This document shows, in pieces, positions 21,457-35,575 of a stretch of 50,101 bases of DNA (within the stretch, counting starts at the first letter, position 1; each line of letters begins with the position of its first letter). The DNA lies in assembly GCF_001194135.2 (NCBI RefSeq), contig NC_068984.1, forward strand, positions 35,873,857 through 35,923,957, in the 5' to 3' direction. The notes under the pieces were generated by a model. That model was not told where the DNA came from, searched no databases, and saw nothing but the letters and a program-made list of their open reading frames with translations. Made by a program: the position numbers and the translations under genes. The DNA comes from Octopus bimaculoides (Eukaryota).

Positions 21457-23672
21457 GGTATGAACATATAATACACAAACTCCATAGATATGATTGTTTA
21501 GTGTTGATCGTAGGGAGAAACTCTAACGAGTAAGAAAGTATGAATTTATTGCATTGTTCATTCTAGCCACCTAGCTTCTTGCTACTTTGGAGTGTTGCTT
21601 ACGTACAGTATCTGATATTTATTACTATATAATATTATATAATATAATATATGTGTGTGTCCCATTGAAATTCCATGTAATGGAAAAAATTAGGAGGACC
21701 TACTAAAGAAAGAAATGATGATTTGAATTTTTATGGCATTCATACTTTAGCTTTCTTTAAATATCCTTGGCGTTCGTCTACATTCAGTTCCTCACACTTC
21801 CGTCATTGTTGTCTTTTTCTTCACCTTACCATATTTTCTCGCTGTTCCTCCCTGATCTATGCACTGTATCTGCGCATCATTTTCTCGGGCAAGATGTGAC
21901 CGTGTTTCTGGCGAATCCAGAGTTTCGGTTAAATTAACCATTGCAAAGAAATATCAATCTTTTAAATGAGTAGAGGATAAATAATTCCGTCTATCCGTAT
22001 GCGTAATTTAATTTAAATAAAAATGGTTTTAATATCAGCACCTCACCACCACCACCACTGCTATCAGCACCCCTCTCTCTCTCCCTCTCTCTCTCTCCCT
22101 CTCTCTCTCAAAATAATTGCTTCTCATATCCATCTCTCTATATTTACATTTCCCTTCAGCTAACTTTTAAACACATAATAAATATTCATTCCCCAACCCT
22201 ACAGACATCGTAAACACTTCTCTCTCCCTCTTTTTCTCTCGTTCTTTGCATCTAGCTTCCGCTGATCATGTGAAGTTTTGGCCTAAGTGTATTAATATTA
22301 ATCCCCTCTTTCTAAATCTTCCTCTTTTCTTTCGTCACTCCTCCTCTTCTCTCACTCTTACTCTTACTCCACCCCTCAATCACTCAACCCCCACTTCTCT
22401 TACTAACTAATATAACGGGCGAGCGATCAAGCAGATGATTATATAGATAATATAATATTATATTATATCATGTTATATTACGTTATGTTATATTACGCTA
22501 TGCCACATTATATTATATTACGTTATGCTATATTATATTATAATTATGAATTTATAGTCGATAAAACTGGATATAATCACGATTCAGATTAATAGTGGCG
22601 CAAAGATTCACCATGTTGTTTTCGAATCTTTGATGTTGTCCAGTACTAAAAAAAGAGTCCGAACCAAAAATGGTAGGATTTGCACTGAAGACAATTCAAT
22701 GCTGATAAATAATGTACAACACAATAACGAGTTTATTTGTTATTTTCGAAAGAAGTAAAATATGAGAACAGTCAATCTGGAATTATTTATATTATTGGCA
22801 AATGATATTTTCTTACGAATGTGAAACAATAGACGCTAATTATAAACAAACATTATTTTATTGAAATATTTCAATTAATAAATACCTGTGAGCAAATTTG
22901 ATATGAATAAAACGTCTAAAGTTTCACGATATTTATATTCTACTGTTGCAGTAAGTTATATGTAAGCTATTTAATTATATATTTTTGCAGTTGGATAATA
23001 TATGAAGAGAAAACTTCTGCAGTATGACAATGCCGGAGATCATCAATATCATGTTGAGTATCATCAATACCACCATCTCCACCACAACAACCACCATCAT
23101 CATCATCATCGTCGTCGTCGTCCTCGTCGTCATCAACAACTATTTTCATGTAATTTAAATTTCTCTGAGGTCATTAAAATAATCGGCTGTGATGCAATTT
23201 TGTTGCTTATTTCCCATCGCCAAAGAAACCGCTCATGTATATACAGCTTTCGAAATTCTATTGTTATTCCTATTGATGTTGTTGTCAACTTGTTTTCTTG
23301 CATAACATTGTTGGTTCCCGAAGCATAACTCCCAGTTTTTTACAGTTTCAAATTTCAGTTATTATTTCAAGCACTAGAGAATTAAATTTCTTCTTTCAGA
23401 GCACCTTTCAAAAATCTATGATGCCCAGTTTGTTGAGTCATCTAAAAGAAGTCGAATGACGATATTTACTGGGAAAATTAGCAAATGTGGATAATGTTTT
23501 TTGTATAGACGTAAAGCGGAATGACTGCTATGTATATTTAGTACTGAAATTGAAATTATATATGGTATCAAATATGTAAAATGCTATTTATAAAGCATAG
23601 AAAAATCATGTCCCGGAATATATCTAACTGAAAGTGAGTTACTTCAGAAAAGGAAAAGCAAGCAAATATTTT

Positions 23673-23880
23673 GGTCAGCTGGTTCAGTAGGTGGTACGCC
23701 GGGTATCTCACGGAATCTCGTCCGTTCTTACCTTCTGTGTTGAAATTCCGCCGAGATCCTCTTTGCTTTTTAATCCTTTCAGGTTCGATAAAATAATTAC
23801 CGGTTGAGCTCTAGGGCCGGTGTAATTGACTTAATGCCCCACCCACCGAAATTAATAGCATTATGCCAATATTTGAAACC
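23673..23880 (+). mobile_element. Diverged SINE of a second family, followed by an (ATT)n(ATC)n tail
   Basis: ttgaaattccgccgag..tttgctttttaatcctttcaggttcgataaaataattaccggttgagctctagggccggtgtaattgactt matches 30468-30600 and 36430-36535. Confidence 0.75.
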
Positions 23881-25676
23881 ATTATTATTATTATTATTAT
23901 TATCATCATCATCATCATCATGAATGTCACATTTGAATGTCACTTGTCGATACTTGCTCAGAGGACTACACAAAGTTGCAGAGAGTGTATGGAGAGTAGT
24001 GTATGAGCCGCACACAAGTGTACCCCACCCCCGTAAAAAAACAGAAGTGAGCCAGAGCGATAAAGTTGTTGCATATGCACAACGAAGGTCAAGGTCAATT
24101 TGTGGCAAGACGTTTCCCACTGCATGCTTTAGCTTCGTTACTATCGCAAAAGTCCGGATAGTTATTGATCAGACTTCGTATTCATTTACCATTTCCTTTG
24201 TTGGCATCGTCGCGATATCTATCGCATCATATATGATATATGAGGGGTGAGATTTGGTTGAGAGTTATATTATCGAGTGACTGATTGTGCAAGGGCATGT
24301 GGCATTTGTTTTCTGACGGGCGAGGGGTATTTCTCATGACTCTATGTGATATGAGTTATATTACTTGAATGAGTGGTGGTTATATAATTTATTGTATACA
24401 CTCGTTGGTTCGCTTTAATTTGAATGTATTATACTCATCTTGGCTACATTTTGTGCGCCCAACTATGTTTTATATGTTTTATTTATTATTACGGATGATT
24501 TGATCAATTTAAATGATTTATTGATAAATATAATATAATATTTACCTATTCTTTGATGTCACTAATAATCTAATTATTATTCATATCTAAATATTTATGT
24601 AGACCTAAATTTTGAATAATGTAGTTAGTCAAAAGGCAAAATACATATTGTTGATAGAAAATTCAAGTACAACTTAGAATTTTCATACAGGATTGTGAGG
24701 TGGAAGTAGTCAGGAAATATATTGCTAATGATGTGCCAGGAAATGAAAATGATGATGATGATGATGATGACGACGACAACGACGACGATAGAAGAGCGAA
24801 TCCATTAAAGATAAGCTTTACATCTCCCTTTCAACAGAGACGTTTCTATTGGCAACGTCCACTGAACAGATCACTCTCTGGTGTAAGGTCTCTGTCAACC
24901 TGAAAACCTACACTTATCTCATTGCTAATTTCAACGACCTGAGTTGTTGCGGCGGTGACGATTCTGTTTCCTTGTAGATAAACATCCCTTCGGTTGTTCG
25001 AAATAATCTGAAAGACACGATTTTGGGGTAGCTGGATTGATTCTGTAGAGGATACCGATTTTGAAGATATAGTGATTATATTTCAACGAGATTGCTGAAA
25101 CAAAATATGGACATTTTGTTTATTTTCCATTTTCCAACCATTCTTTACAAAATAATAATACTATATAAGCCGACGTTTCTTTTCGTTATTTGCTCCTCTC
25201 TTTTACTATGTTTAACATATTTTACTTCATTATGTATTTATATGTGCAGCACATTCTGGAAAATGATCTATCGAAAAACGTCACGGATAAGACTGAAGAG
25301 AAAGAATAATCAAGTATCCAACAGAAGTGAGAACCAAATTACAAACAAAATAAAACAAAATAAATCCCAGTCAAAATAAATATAAAGTATAAAATCCTTA
25401 CATGAGGAAGAACAATACCTCTAAATACAAATACAAACAAAAAATTAATAATAATGAGGGCAGCTGTCAGAAATCTACTCATGTAAGAGCATAACCATAA
25501 TATGAAGAAAACAAATCATGATCAAGGATGAAAAATGATAATTACAATAAAACAATAACATTCCATACCGTGCAACTATGAAATAGAAAATAACTCGATG
25601 AATCAGCGTATACGTTTATAATTATATGCACCGCATACATCTCTACATGCACATTGATGAACAATCATATTAAAAA

Positions 25677-25678
<2 letters not shown>

Positions 25679-25752
<74 letters not shown>
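25679..25752. repeat. (AG)n microsatellite
   Basis: Direct reading. Similar AG/CT tracts occur at about 7643-7702, 9825-9893, 13509-13569 and 40153-40201. Confidence 0.97.
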
Positions 25753-25755
<3 letters not shown>

Positions 25756-27699
25756 TGCTTTAATATAACACCATAATATGACTTTTGAGTGGCCCAGGCA
25801 ATATTGTTCATTGACATTTCTTTATAAGCACAGGTACTTCACTTTCTATTCTTCTGGAAAGTGTGTGTATAAATGAAACGCAAAGGCAGATAACAGCAAA
25901 TATTGTAATAGTGCTAGATATACAATTATCTGCCGAAGAAGAAATAAAACATTACCTAAAACAATATTAATGATATGAAAACAAACGGGTGAATATGCAT
26001 TGGAAACTTTAATCAAAAACTGCTGTAAAAAATATGGAAATAAATGTTATGCAACCTCATCAGGCTTGTAGTATTGTTAAGCCCGTCACTAGTTGATTAA
26101 AGTTTCTGATTTAACAGAGGTAACTATATGTATTATCATATAAATTAAAAAATGATTTGCATCCATCAGAATGCATTCGTATATAGACATTTTGTAATTT
26201 TTTCTTCATTATATTTTTGTTTGAGAGAATATATATGAACTCATTATTTATCACCTCATCTCTCTCTTGATATATTGTTTGCATCCTCATCTTATACCGG
26301 TTTCTCACAATATCGCTCGATATCACTCTATTACAGGTTTTCACTGACAATCACAAATATTTGGAACGTCATCATTCTGCAGGTTTACCATCTCTTGCGT
26401 CTCTTTTCGTGTTGCTATCTTATTACATTTAATTATATTTCTCTTAATAAATGCTTGAACAAATACATTCTTGTAAAGGTGTGCATATTACGCCATGTTA
26501 GAACATACACGTTGACATATATGTCTCTTCAATTTTATTTCAAATATTAAAATATTAACAGTACTTTTATTGACATAATATGAAACTAGCAGAAGAAACT
26601 TTCATATAAAGGGTGGTTTCTATGTACATTTAGCTACAGTGTAGACAATGTGGTTTTCGTAAAATGCTAACTCTCCTTCACGGAAGTTTAGAAGAAACGT
26701 AAATGATTTTTACATGTAATAAGTACACTAGTAGCCGCCTTTCGTTTTATAAGTTTGAATCGCTCATTGTAATACGTGAATGTTAAAGAATATGGTAGCA
26801 TAACCAAATGAAAGATAATCTGACATCTTAACACCACACTCGACTGTAATGCATCGACGGGACAATAAAGAGTAATTAATGAATACCTATTTCCATCTTC
26901 GTAAAATATAAGGTCAGTCAATAAGTACATATATATGTTCTAATCGGAGGAGTAACTCTTCAAGAAATGCCTTAGCTACTCATACAAGAAAGTTTTCAGA
27001 AAAGAAAAGAATAGAATTTTGAGGAGGACAACGTGCATTGACAAGTCTACTGAATGTTGTTGCATTAAAATATATTAATGTATTGAAGGCACTATTAAGA
27101 ATCCGATGAAGCTCTGTCACAGAGCTATATATCACTAAAAATAGCTTCTATTACGCAAACTCATGTACGGTTCACCGTATTACGATTGCTGAACATATTT
27201 TAGGATTTGTAGTATTAAGTGCCTTTGGTTATTTCTAGCGGTATGCTTTACAGAACTCTTGGGTATTCGACCTATACAATTTACATGATAATATTTATCA
27301 TAATCCGGATGTGATTAATTTTCTATTTAAATTATATTATCCTCATTAATAGAATTCCAATATTTTTCAGGCAATTCATAAATAATTATTGTTTGCATAA
27401 TTGTTAATGAAGAGTCTTAGACTTAGAATTGGCAGAATGTGTGGCATTAAAGAAAAAAAAAATTACAAATAATACCTGGTCCAATATGTGTCAAAAAACA
27501 ATTGTAAACATAATGAACTCACTAGAAACAAAGGAACTCAGCATCAATGAAGAATGAAAACAGCTCTCAGCAATAGAATTACCACATCATATAACCCTAG
27601 TAAAACTAAAACCACGACAAGAATAAGGTGACAAAACACACAAAAGCACAATCCAGAATTTATTTAAGAAAATATATTCTACCAGACAATTCTATACGC

Positions 27700-28760
27700 A
27701 AAGTGAAGTTATGCACATGATGTAACTGGAAAACGTTACATAGAACTGTTGAAATATATTCAAACACTTGCGTAGAAACGACTCTTTTACGGCATAGAAT
27801 CCAACACTTTGTAACAGTACAAATTGTGCTTCTTCGTTCGAACAATAGGATAGTTCGTATCCCTTTTCACTACTGAAATTTTGATACAACTGTTTAAGAG
27901 ATTATTCTGCTGATATCCTGTGATTCTTTTGCAGTATCTCCTGACTTGCATGACTCTACTGGAGACCCACTTCTTTATTTTCTCTGCCAGCGTTTACAAA
28001 TCAGTTTTTCTTTGAGATTATATTTTATGTCAAGCAATCGTTGCTAATATTCTTTAGAAATCTTCTAAAACCCATTTTATTTCTAATATCCCACGATGCC
28101 TTATCAAAGTTGTTATATTGCGTTCAATTCAGCTCTTTCACCAAGCTTCCTCCCACTCTCTTTGTCCTTATTCGTTTGTTCTTCTGCCCTAAAAAAATGC
28201 CATAACTCTGTAAGATTCTCCATCTATACATGGTATACATTTGTTACTTCACTATACAGTGGTTTCTTTATCGAAAAACTATATCTTAAATGGATCTGGT
28301 ACATTAGCATACAGTATAATTTCTTTTAATATGTCGAATAATTCCTGCATATCGTCCTCATGTACCTGAAGTGCAGGCTTCTACCGGCCTACAAAATTGC
28401 ACCCTCCTGAATTCTTGTTTTCCACCGTTTTCCCTTAGCCCCTTTATGCCACCTTTCAAGTCCATCAAAGCATTTTAATCCCTACTTCTTAGAATGGTTG
28501 AACCACATCATGCAGTTCTTAGATATCTTGCCGACTTCTCTCAACACTACTTTTCATTTCTACAATTCCTACGTTCAAATAGTGGATGGCACATTTTTTC
28601 AGCCACGTTCATCTCAAACATAATTTTTCTTGTATTCCTACCGTAGTGGTTCTTTATATTCGATGTAATATTTACATAGCGCTTCTGTTTGCGAGAATTA
28701 CTCAAGAGTAATCTACCTTTTGATCGGATTTTGATCATCGTATGTCACCATCAACTTTTT
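27700..28760 (-). mobile_element. Old RLE-type (R4/Dong-like) LINE relic, N-terminal / pre-RT region
   Basis: Minus frames AEKIKKWVSSRVMQVRRYCKRITGYQQNNL then LYQNFSSEKG...NEEAQ/CYKVLD resemble the conserved RRY..R...Y.QN..F......Y..L........P..EE...FW..IW segment. Weaker similarity in ORF 28547-28738. Confidence 0.55.
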
Positions 28761-30467
28761 ACCTTTCGCCATCTATGTTTTTCATGCGCGATATAGCGAT
28801 ATTTTTTGTGAATCGCGGATGACAATCGGTGAGAACATTTTCTTCTTCTCCCGCACTGCTGTGTATCGCAATCGCTACCCTTAGACTTGGGACATGTTTC
28901 TTTCTTTATTTATTTCTATAATTAAGAAACTGAATATAACTATCTTTCCTTTGTGCGTTCTTTGTGATTTGCACCTTCTCAGTGAAACAGCAAACCAGCA
29001 TTCTACACTAACATTAGATGGAACAAGGTCCTTCTTAACGTTATGCTTATAAAACAGAATCTATCTTTTATTTTCTAAACCCCATAGATTATAAAACTTA
29101 TACACGTCACTATCTTGTATTGCAAGGTATTATATCTCTATCTACATAGTGCAATTTTTAATATGTATGTGCATTTTGCTCAGTTAAAATATTTTATGTT
29201 AATTTAATAATATATTATTTCCAAAAGACGATAAGAGAGCCTCACATAATTACTGCGTCGCCATAGGGATACAGAGATTTAATATACATGAATTTTATCT
29301 ACGTTATGAACTTTATATGTAGAATTATTTATGCTAATATGAATGTCTTTGTATCTAAAAATATTAAGCCACAGTTAGTATATCAAACGTTTCTTTAAAA
29401 ATTCTTTATATTCATGTTTTTCTTTGTACGTTATTTTCTTATCACATTCGTCAAATATGTAGTTCCGGTAGCATATACCATCATTGATACTTAGGCGATA
29501 TGCTAAATATACATTACATTTGAAACGGTAAGTCGAAAAGACAACAACGTAATCGTCAGAATAAATAATAGCGAATCAATATGCACGTGCATGTCTGTCA
29601 CTGTGTTTGTGTGTCATGAGACCGAGAGAGAAAGAAAGAAAGAGATGTAAATATGTAATAGATAGACTGGCGGATGTGATATATGTCACGAAGCATATAT
29701 ATCTTTTTATTACCGAATAAAATTACGCCCTTTCCTTCAACATTATGCGCAACATTTTGCTTAATAAATATAGAAGTTTACGTATATATTTCATCAAAGG
29801 AAAAGTACAGACAGCAGATTAGAACTAGAAAGGCATATCGCAGAAAATAATTTGTCTAACACATAAATCTTCGATTGTAGTATGACTGAAAATGTTTGGC
29901 ATTTACGGTAGACCACAAATCAATTTAGAGATTAGCGCTAGGTCAATGGGATTTCATTTCCCTCGCAACCAAGTGTTCTTTAGTGAAATTTTGATTACGA
30001 GAGACATTTGTTTGAAAGATTCACTATTTCCTTTTACATTTGTTAATATCTTAAATATTCCAAACGAGTAGACCAATGCATTAACTTGCTAAAATTAATG
30101 AATTAATTAAAAATCTAATAATTCACGTAAGACTCCGAATGTTACCTGGAATTCATAAACGTAATCGATTATTTGCTGTCAACTGATACACACTTTAGCA
30201 AATATATTTAGATGCAATTTAGTGATATCAATGGTAGTTGGTTTATAACATATAGCTGCAACCTGTGAAATGGTGAAACATTTTCACTACCTCAGTAAGA
30301 AAGCCGTCTTTATTACAAATCAAATATTTTAGGCATAACGTAGTGATTTTGATTTATAATTGCATGACGCCGGTTAACTTATTTTTAGAAGAAAATATTG
30401 TAGATAAATCATGCATAAAACAACCAGTATCTTACCTAAATTTGTATTAATATAATCGGTAGTCACC

Positions 30468-30600
30468 TACCGAGGTTGACTTTGCCTTTCATCCTTTCGG
30501 GGTAGATAAAATTAAGTACCAGTTGCGTACAGGGATCGTTCTATTCGACTGGCCCCCTCCCTCAACATTTCGGGACTTGCGCCTTGGATACAGAAGAATA
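30468..30600 (+). mobile_element. 5'-truncated SINE (second family)
   Basis: cgaggttgactttgcctttcatcctttcggggtagataaaattaagtaccagttgcgtacagggatcgttctattcgactggccccc. Confidence 0.78.
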
Positions 30601-32861
30601 TATTCAGTAGTCATACTTAGGTAACAGATTTAAGGAAGAGATGAACTGCACCATTTTTTTTCGGGTAATCTAACACGTAACCAAATTACCATAACCTATA
30701 TATTAATAGGGTTTCGTTGTTGAAGAAGTATCTAATTAATCCCTCGTGAATCCACAAATAGTTTGAAATAAAGAACATTATACAGAACCCCGGTTATGAT
30801 GGGAAAAAATGATTAAAAATTTTTCGAACCTCGTCAAGCAACTGAGAAAGATACAGTATCAGCGAGGGAATAATCGCTGTTGTGATAGCCTTTCTGTTGC
30901 TAAAATAGCTACTCAATAGATAGGCACATACGACCAGGGGTGCAGGTGACCACAATGTCTTTACCATTATTAATTGCTCCTTAAGTAATTATTACTCCTG
31001 CAGCAAATGCTTCGGAGTTCAAAACACAGGTTGTTAATTATCAAGTTATTATTTAGTACATATCATTAAAAGGTAAATTCAGCGTTAGTATTAATTGTTG
31101 TCCAGCTCTGTTATATATTTGACCGCTATACTTCCTTTTGGTATGATGGTTTCAGTATAGATAATAATAAACATTTTACCTTATCGGCTTTACAAATCTT
31201 CAGTGATTTATGACCTGGATTGTCTCATCTAAACGTTACAAGTGATATTTAAATCATTTTATATCTCATGTTCTCTTGTATATGTCCATGACTACTACAT
31301 CCTAAATGTAATAAAACTACTCTCAAAATCTTCATGGTTATTGTTCTAGTTGTTGATACTCACGTTACCTAACTTTTGATATTATAATATTTGTAGTCTG
31401 AGGTATATACTAACCATTGTCAACTTCCTATTATATAATATAACGCTCTACTCTACATTGTATATTATTGAATTTATCATTTCTTCAAATACCGAATGAC
31501 GAACAAAGTCCACCGACAATAAAATGATACTCCCATTAAAATGTCATTCGCGTGAGAAAACATTTTTTCTTGTTACGATTACAAATATTTCAACATACAA
31601 TAGCCATGATATAAAATATATATTTGTCACATACATCATATTAGGCAGCGTTTCATAATCCAAACTTTTAACTTGCATATATTCCTCATAAGTCCTTTAC
31701 TCATTGTTTATTTTATTAACATTCGTTTGTGCCTAATATCTTCTACATTTTTGCTTTCTTTTTATCTTCTACAAGAATAGAATATCCATAAACACTATGT
31801 GTTTTGACTGTATTGATATACAGATATGTCGCATATTGCTATTTTGTTGGTATCCACAATAATTCTGTATAGGAGTTTGTAATGTGTTTCGTAAAAAACA
31901 CCTCATTATTTGCCACAGAAGGCATCAGGATGAAATATAAGCTTTGGTGAGGATCCTAAACGAACAGTACCACGTGATGAAATACACTGTGCGTTTGTCA
32001 TAAGAATGCTGACTATTCTTCTAGTTTTTATTTACATACATATAATTTTATATATACTGTTCATGTTATATGTTTCTATGGTAATATTTCTTGCATACCC
32101 ATCTCCATTTTTGCACATTTTATATCACTGCTGTCATGTATAGTTTTAACTATTTAATACAGCGGAAATTCAGACTGTCTTATACATTTATAATATGTAT
32201 TAGTCATGAGTAAAAGTTTTAATTCCCAAATATCACGAAGAGATCACATTATATTCCTAAAATTTATTTCATTAAAACAGTTTACACTTTCAAGGCTAAA
32301 TGTTGTGTTGCAAATGGTGTGTTGTGTAGGTAATCAGAATCTAAAATATTTTAAGAAGTTACCAACGTTATAAATACAACAAATAAAAACATAGACCACT
32401 TCGATTAGGAAATTCCACTTTTCTTCTCAGGATCGAATAGATATATAAATGGTAGGTTTTTATCCAGTCTGTAATAAATTATGTAACACTGGGCATTTAC
32501 ATTAGCAATGGAATAACATTTATAAACAAATTTTCAACAAATATTCATGAACGATGTACCGAATATTAATCAAAACGCAATGGAAGTAAATATTAATTTG
32601 CTAATTAACTAGTTTATATGACATTTGTAACTGATGTAACACAATGTGCTAAATCACTAACGAATTACAGACATATTTTACGTGGAATAAACGTTAACGG
32701 TGAATTGATTCCTATATCATAATGTGTGTATACATAATAGGTTGAATATTGACTGGAAGCAATTGGTTTTGGTATTGACTGAAGTAGGTAAGAAGATCTT
32801 GGATCTATTATTTATTCTGTAGACGCGATTAGAGTAACTGCAAAAGCAGCAGTAACGACGC

Positions 32862-32920
32862 CTACCACTACTACAAAAACAACTGCAAAACCAAGTACTA
32901 CTACAACCACTACTACTACA

Positions 32921-32975
<55 letters not shown>

Positions 32976-33077
32976 GTAGTAGTACTACTACTACTATTAC
33001 TACTACTACTACTACTATTACAACTACTACTACTACAACTACTACTACTATGCTACCACTACTATTACTAATACTAC

Positions 33078-33132
<55 letters not shown>

Positions 33133-33216
33133 TAGAAGAAGAAGAAGAAGAAGAAGAAGAAGAAGAAGAAGAAGAAGAAGAAGAAGAAGAACAACAACAA
33201 CAACAACAACAACAAC
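32862..33216. repeat. Compound trinucleotide array (ACT)n-(AAT)n-(AAG)n-(AAC)n
   Basis: Direct reading. It explains the poly-V/L/I/S/R ORFs at 32812-33288. Confidence 0.97.
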
Positions 33217-33219
33217 TTT

Positions 33220-34075
33220 GAAATCTATCCATAAACATCGGGAATGAAGACAACAAATGAAAAATAAGGACTCAACATTAGGACTCAAAGCAGTGACTAA
33301 ATAATTTTTAATTGCAGCACATGATCAAAGCCTTCCCACCAGACAAAAAAACAACAACATATAATGAAAAGAAATACAAGTAACTTCAGAATATGTAGTG
33401 ATGGACAAGAAACAATTAACCATATTGCCTCTCGCTGCCCAATATTGGCTAAGAAGTAATGCAATCACAGACACGACAGAGGTGGGACCTATATAGAGTG
33501 AAAGCTATGCCAACATTTTGGAATAACAGGAGAAAAAGATGGCATAGTCACACGCAAGAAAAGTTCTTAGAAAATGAAAAACAACCATAGCCTGGGATAT
33601 GCCAATATACACAGATAACGAAATTAAGGCCAATGAGCCGGGTATAGCTGTTAGAGATCACCAAGAGAAAGTTGCTTTCTAAGCGACCTTTCAATACCAA
33701 CACTATGCAATGTTTCTCTAAAACAAACGAAGAAACTCTCAAATTACAAAAAAATATGTAAACAGATGTAACTCGAACGTGCCTAAAAACCGAAATAATT
33801 GTCATTCTAGTAGGTGCATTAGGTACGATACAAAAGCATTCAGACAAATGCATAACAAAAGCACTAGGACTTACAAAAATGCGTAATATACAGAACATGG
33901 CTCTAATAGGGGCCACACACATCCTACGTACAAAACTTCCAATACAGTGAAAATAAGAGCATCACAACAAACCACAGCATATAACCAAGCACAAAGGGTT
34001 GCGCTAAGTAGTGCTGTGAAAGCAAATGATAAAAATAAAACTGCTGAATAATTATAATAATAATACCAAGACCAG
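33220..34075 (+). mobile_element. 5'-truncated RLE-type (R4/Dong-like) LINE with 3' UTR and (TAA)n tail
   Basis: FLIAAHDQSLPTR, zinc-knuckle relic RICSDGQETINHIASRCPILAKK, RHDR, WDMPIYTDNEIKANEP (PD-D/ExK RLE region), ILVGALGTIQK, ALIGATHILRT ending TGA at 33948-33950, then about 100 bp UTR and aataattataataataat. Confidence 0.9.
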
Positions 34076-34119
34076 AAAAATGTTAACAGTAGGGCGATCT
34101 TAAAATCAGCTGTACTACT

Positions 34120-34560
34120 CAAATCGAAAGAGTGGGAGAGGCTTGTTCAGTTGCCAGGACTGTATGGAAGTAAAGGGGAACAGCCTAGCGTGGCATATTT
34201 TTAAAATGCCCTGGAGCTATTGTTCAGACACACAAAGAAGGCCGGCATCATCAAAGCAGAAAATTGCGTAACTAAATTTAAATGAGAAATAAACGGAAAA
34301 AAAGGAAAAGCATGGAAAGAAAAATGTACGGTCAGTTTGCAAGAGATGTGAACGCCAAAACAGATACAGAGGATTAGTGGTTAAGGATGAGGAAAGGTGA
34401 CATGAAGAAACAGACAGAAGCACACTCATGCGCAGCTCAGGAACAAGCGTTAAGGACCATATGAAATGGCGAATAGACAACACTACCGATAGTGACAAAT
34501 GCAGAATGTGTGGTGAGAGGGGTAAAACAGTATGGCACTTCGCTAGTGAATGCTCGAACG
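34120..34560 (+). mobile_element. RLE-type LINE fragment, second subfamily (post-RT to CCHC)
   Basis: GRGLFSCQDC...NSLAW, MYGQFARDV, LRMRKGDMKKQTEA..AAQEQALRT, DSDKCRMCGERGKTVWHFASECS; truncated just after the zinc knuckle. Confidence 0.85.
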
Positions 34561-34609
34561 TAAGATAAGATTTAGAAAATTATACATATGTATATACACA
34601 CATATATTA

Positions 34610-35575
34610 TTATTGGCATGATTGATCCATTGGACTGGCAAAATATCTTGAAATTCCTAACAACTGGATGCTAAAGCTTGTTGAAAACCAAGAAAGACGT
34701 AAGAAGCTTCATTCTGTTATGAAAAACAGCAAAACATTTTCAAGTGAGTTTATGTATAATACCCAGGTTAAACAGCATGGTGGAAATGCGTCGACTGTAG
34801 TTGCAAAGAAGGTGAAATCGATACAAAGCAAATTGAGTTTGAAGAATTGGCTGATAGGCGAACAATGACTTCTGTATAGCAAATATATGTCCCGTAGAAA
34901 ACAGGCTGACGTAGGTCAGAAGCACGCCCACCGGTGGCTACGGAGATCAAGGCAAAAAGCGGAAAATGAAGGCTTTACCCTGGCTGCTTATAGACCCAGA
35001 AATGTCAAGCTATTGTGATGAAAATGGTGTCGACCTAAAGTTACGAAACTGCGACGATGTGATTGAAACAGTGGTCCACCTAATCTCTGGGTATAAGGTT
35101 TTGGCACCTGTAAAGTACAAACCAAGTCATGACGGAGTTGGTCAATATCTGCACTGTATAGCGTGTTAGCATTATAAAATCAGAACTACTGAAAAATGGT
35201 ACAATTATTACCCTGAGGCTGAGACTTAGGAAGAAAATTTAACTATTCTTTGGGACTTTCCAGCATGTATAAACCGGATTATCAAAGCAAATAAACCAGA
35301 TATTGTTGTGATGGACAAAAACAATAAAGTCTCTTTATTGATTGACATGTGCGTACGCTGTTACTATAATATCTCGTCGAAAGAATTTGATAAGGTCAGG
35401 AAATGTAAATATTTGCTAATCGAAATCAAGATGTGGCATCTCACGATGGTTACAATACTAATGATTGTAGCAGAACTTCGAATGATTAAAAATTGAACTG
35501 ATATTTATTTATAATTTATCTCTGGCTTACCATTCATGCAGGAAGTGCAACGGATTGTCTTAACTGCTACGTCAC
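34610..35575 (+). mobile_element. RLE-type LINE 3' fragment, third subfamily
   Basis: WMLKLVENQERRKKLHSV, HRWLRRSRQKAENEGFTLAA, IETVVHLISGYKVLAPVKYK..HDGVGQYLH, ILWDFP...IIKANKPDIVVMDKNNKVSLLIDM (RLE PD..D), KEFDKVRK, QEVQRIVLTA. Confidence 0.85.
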
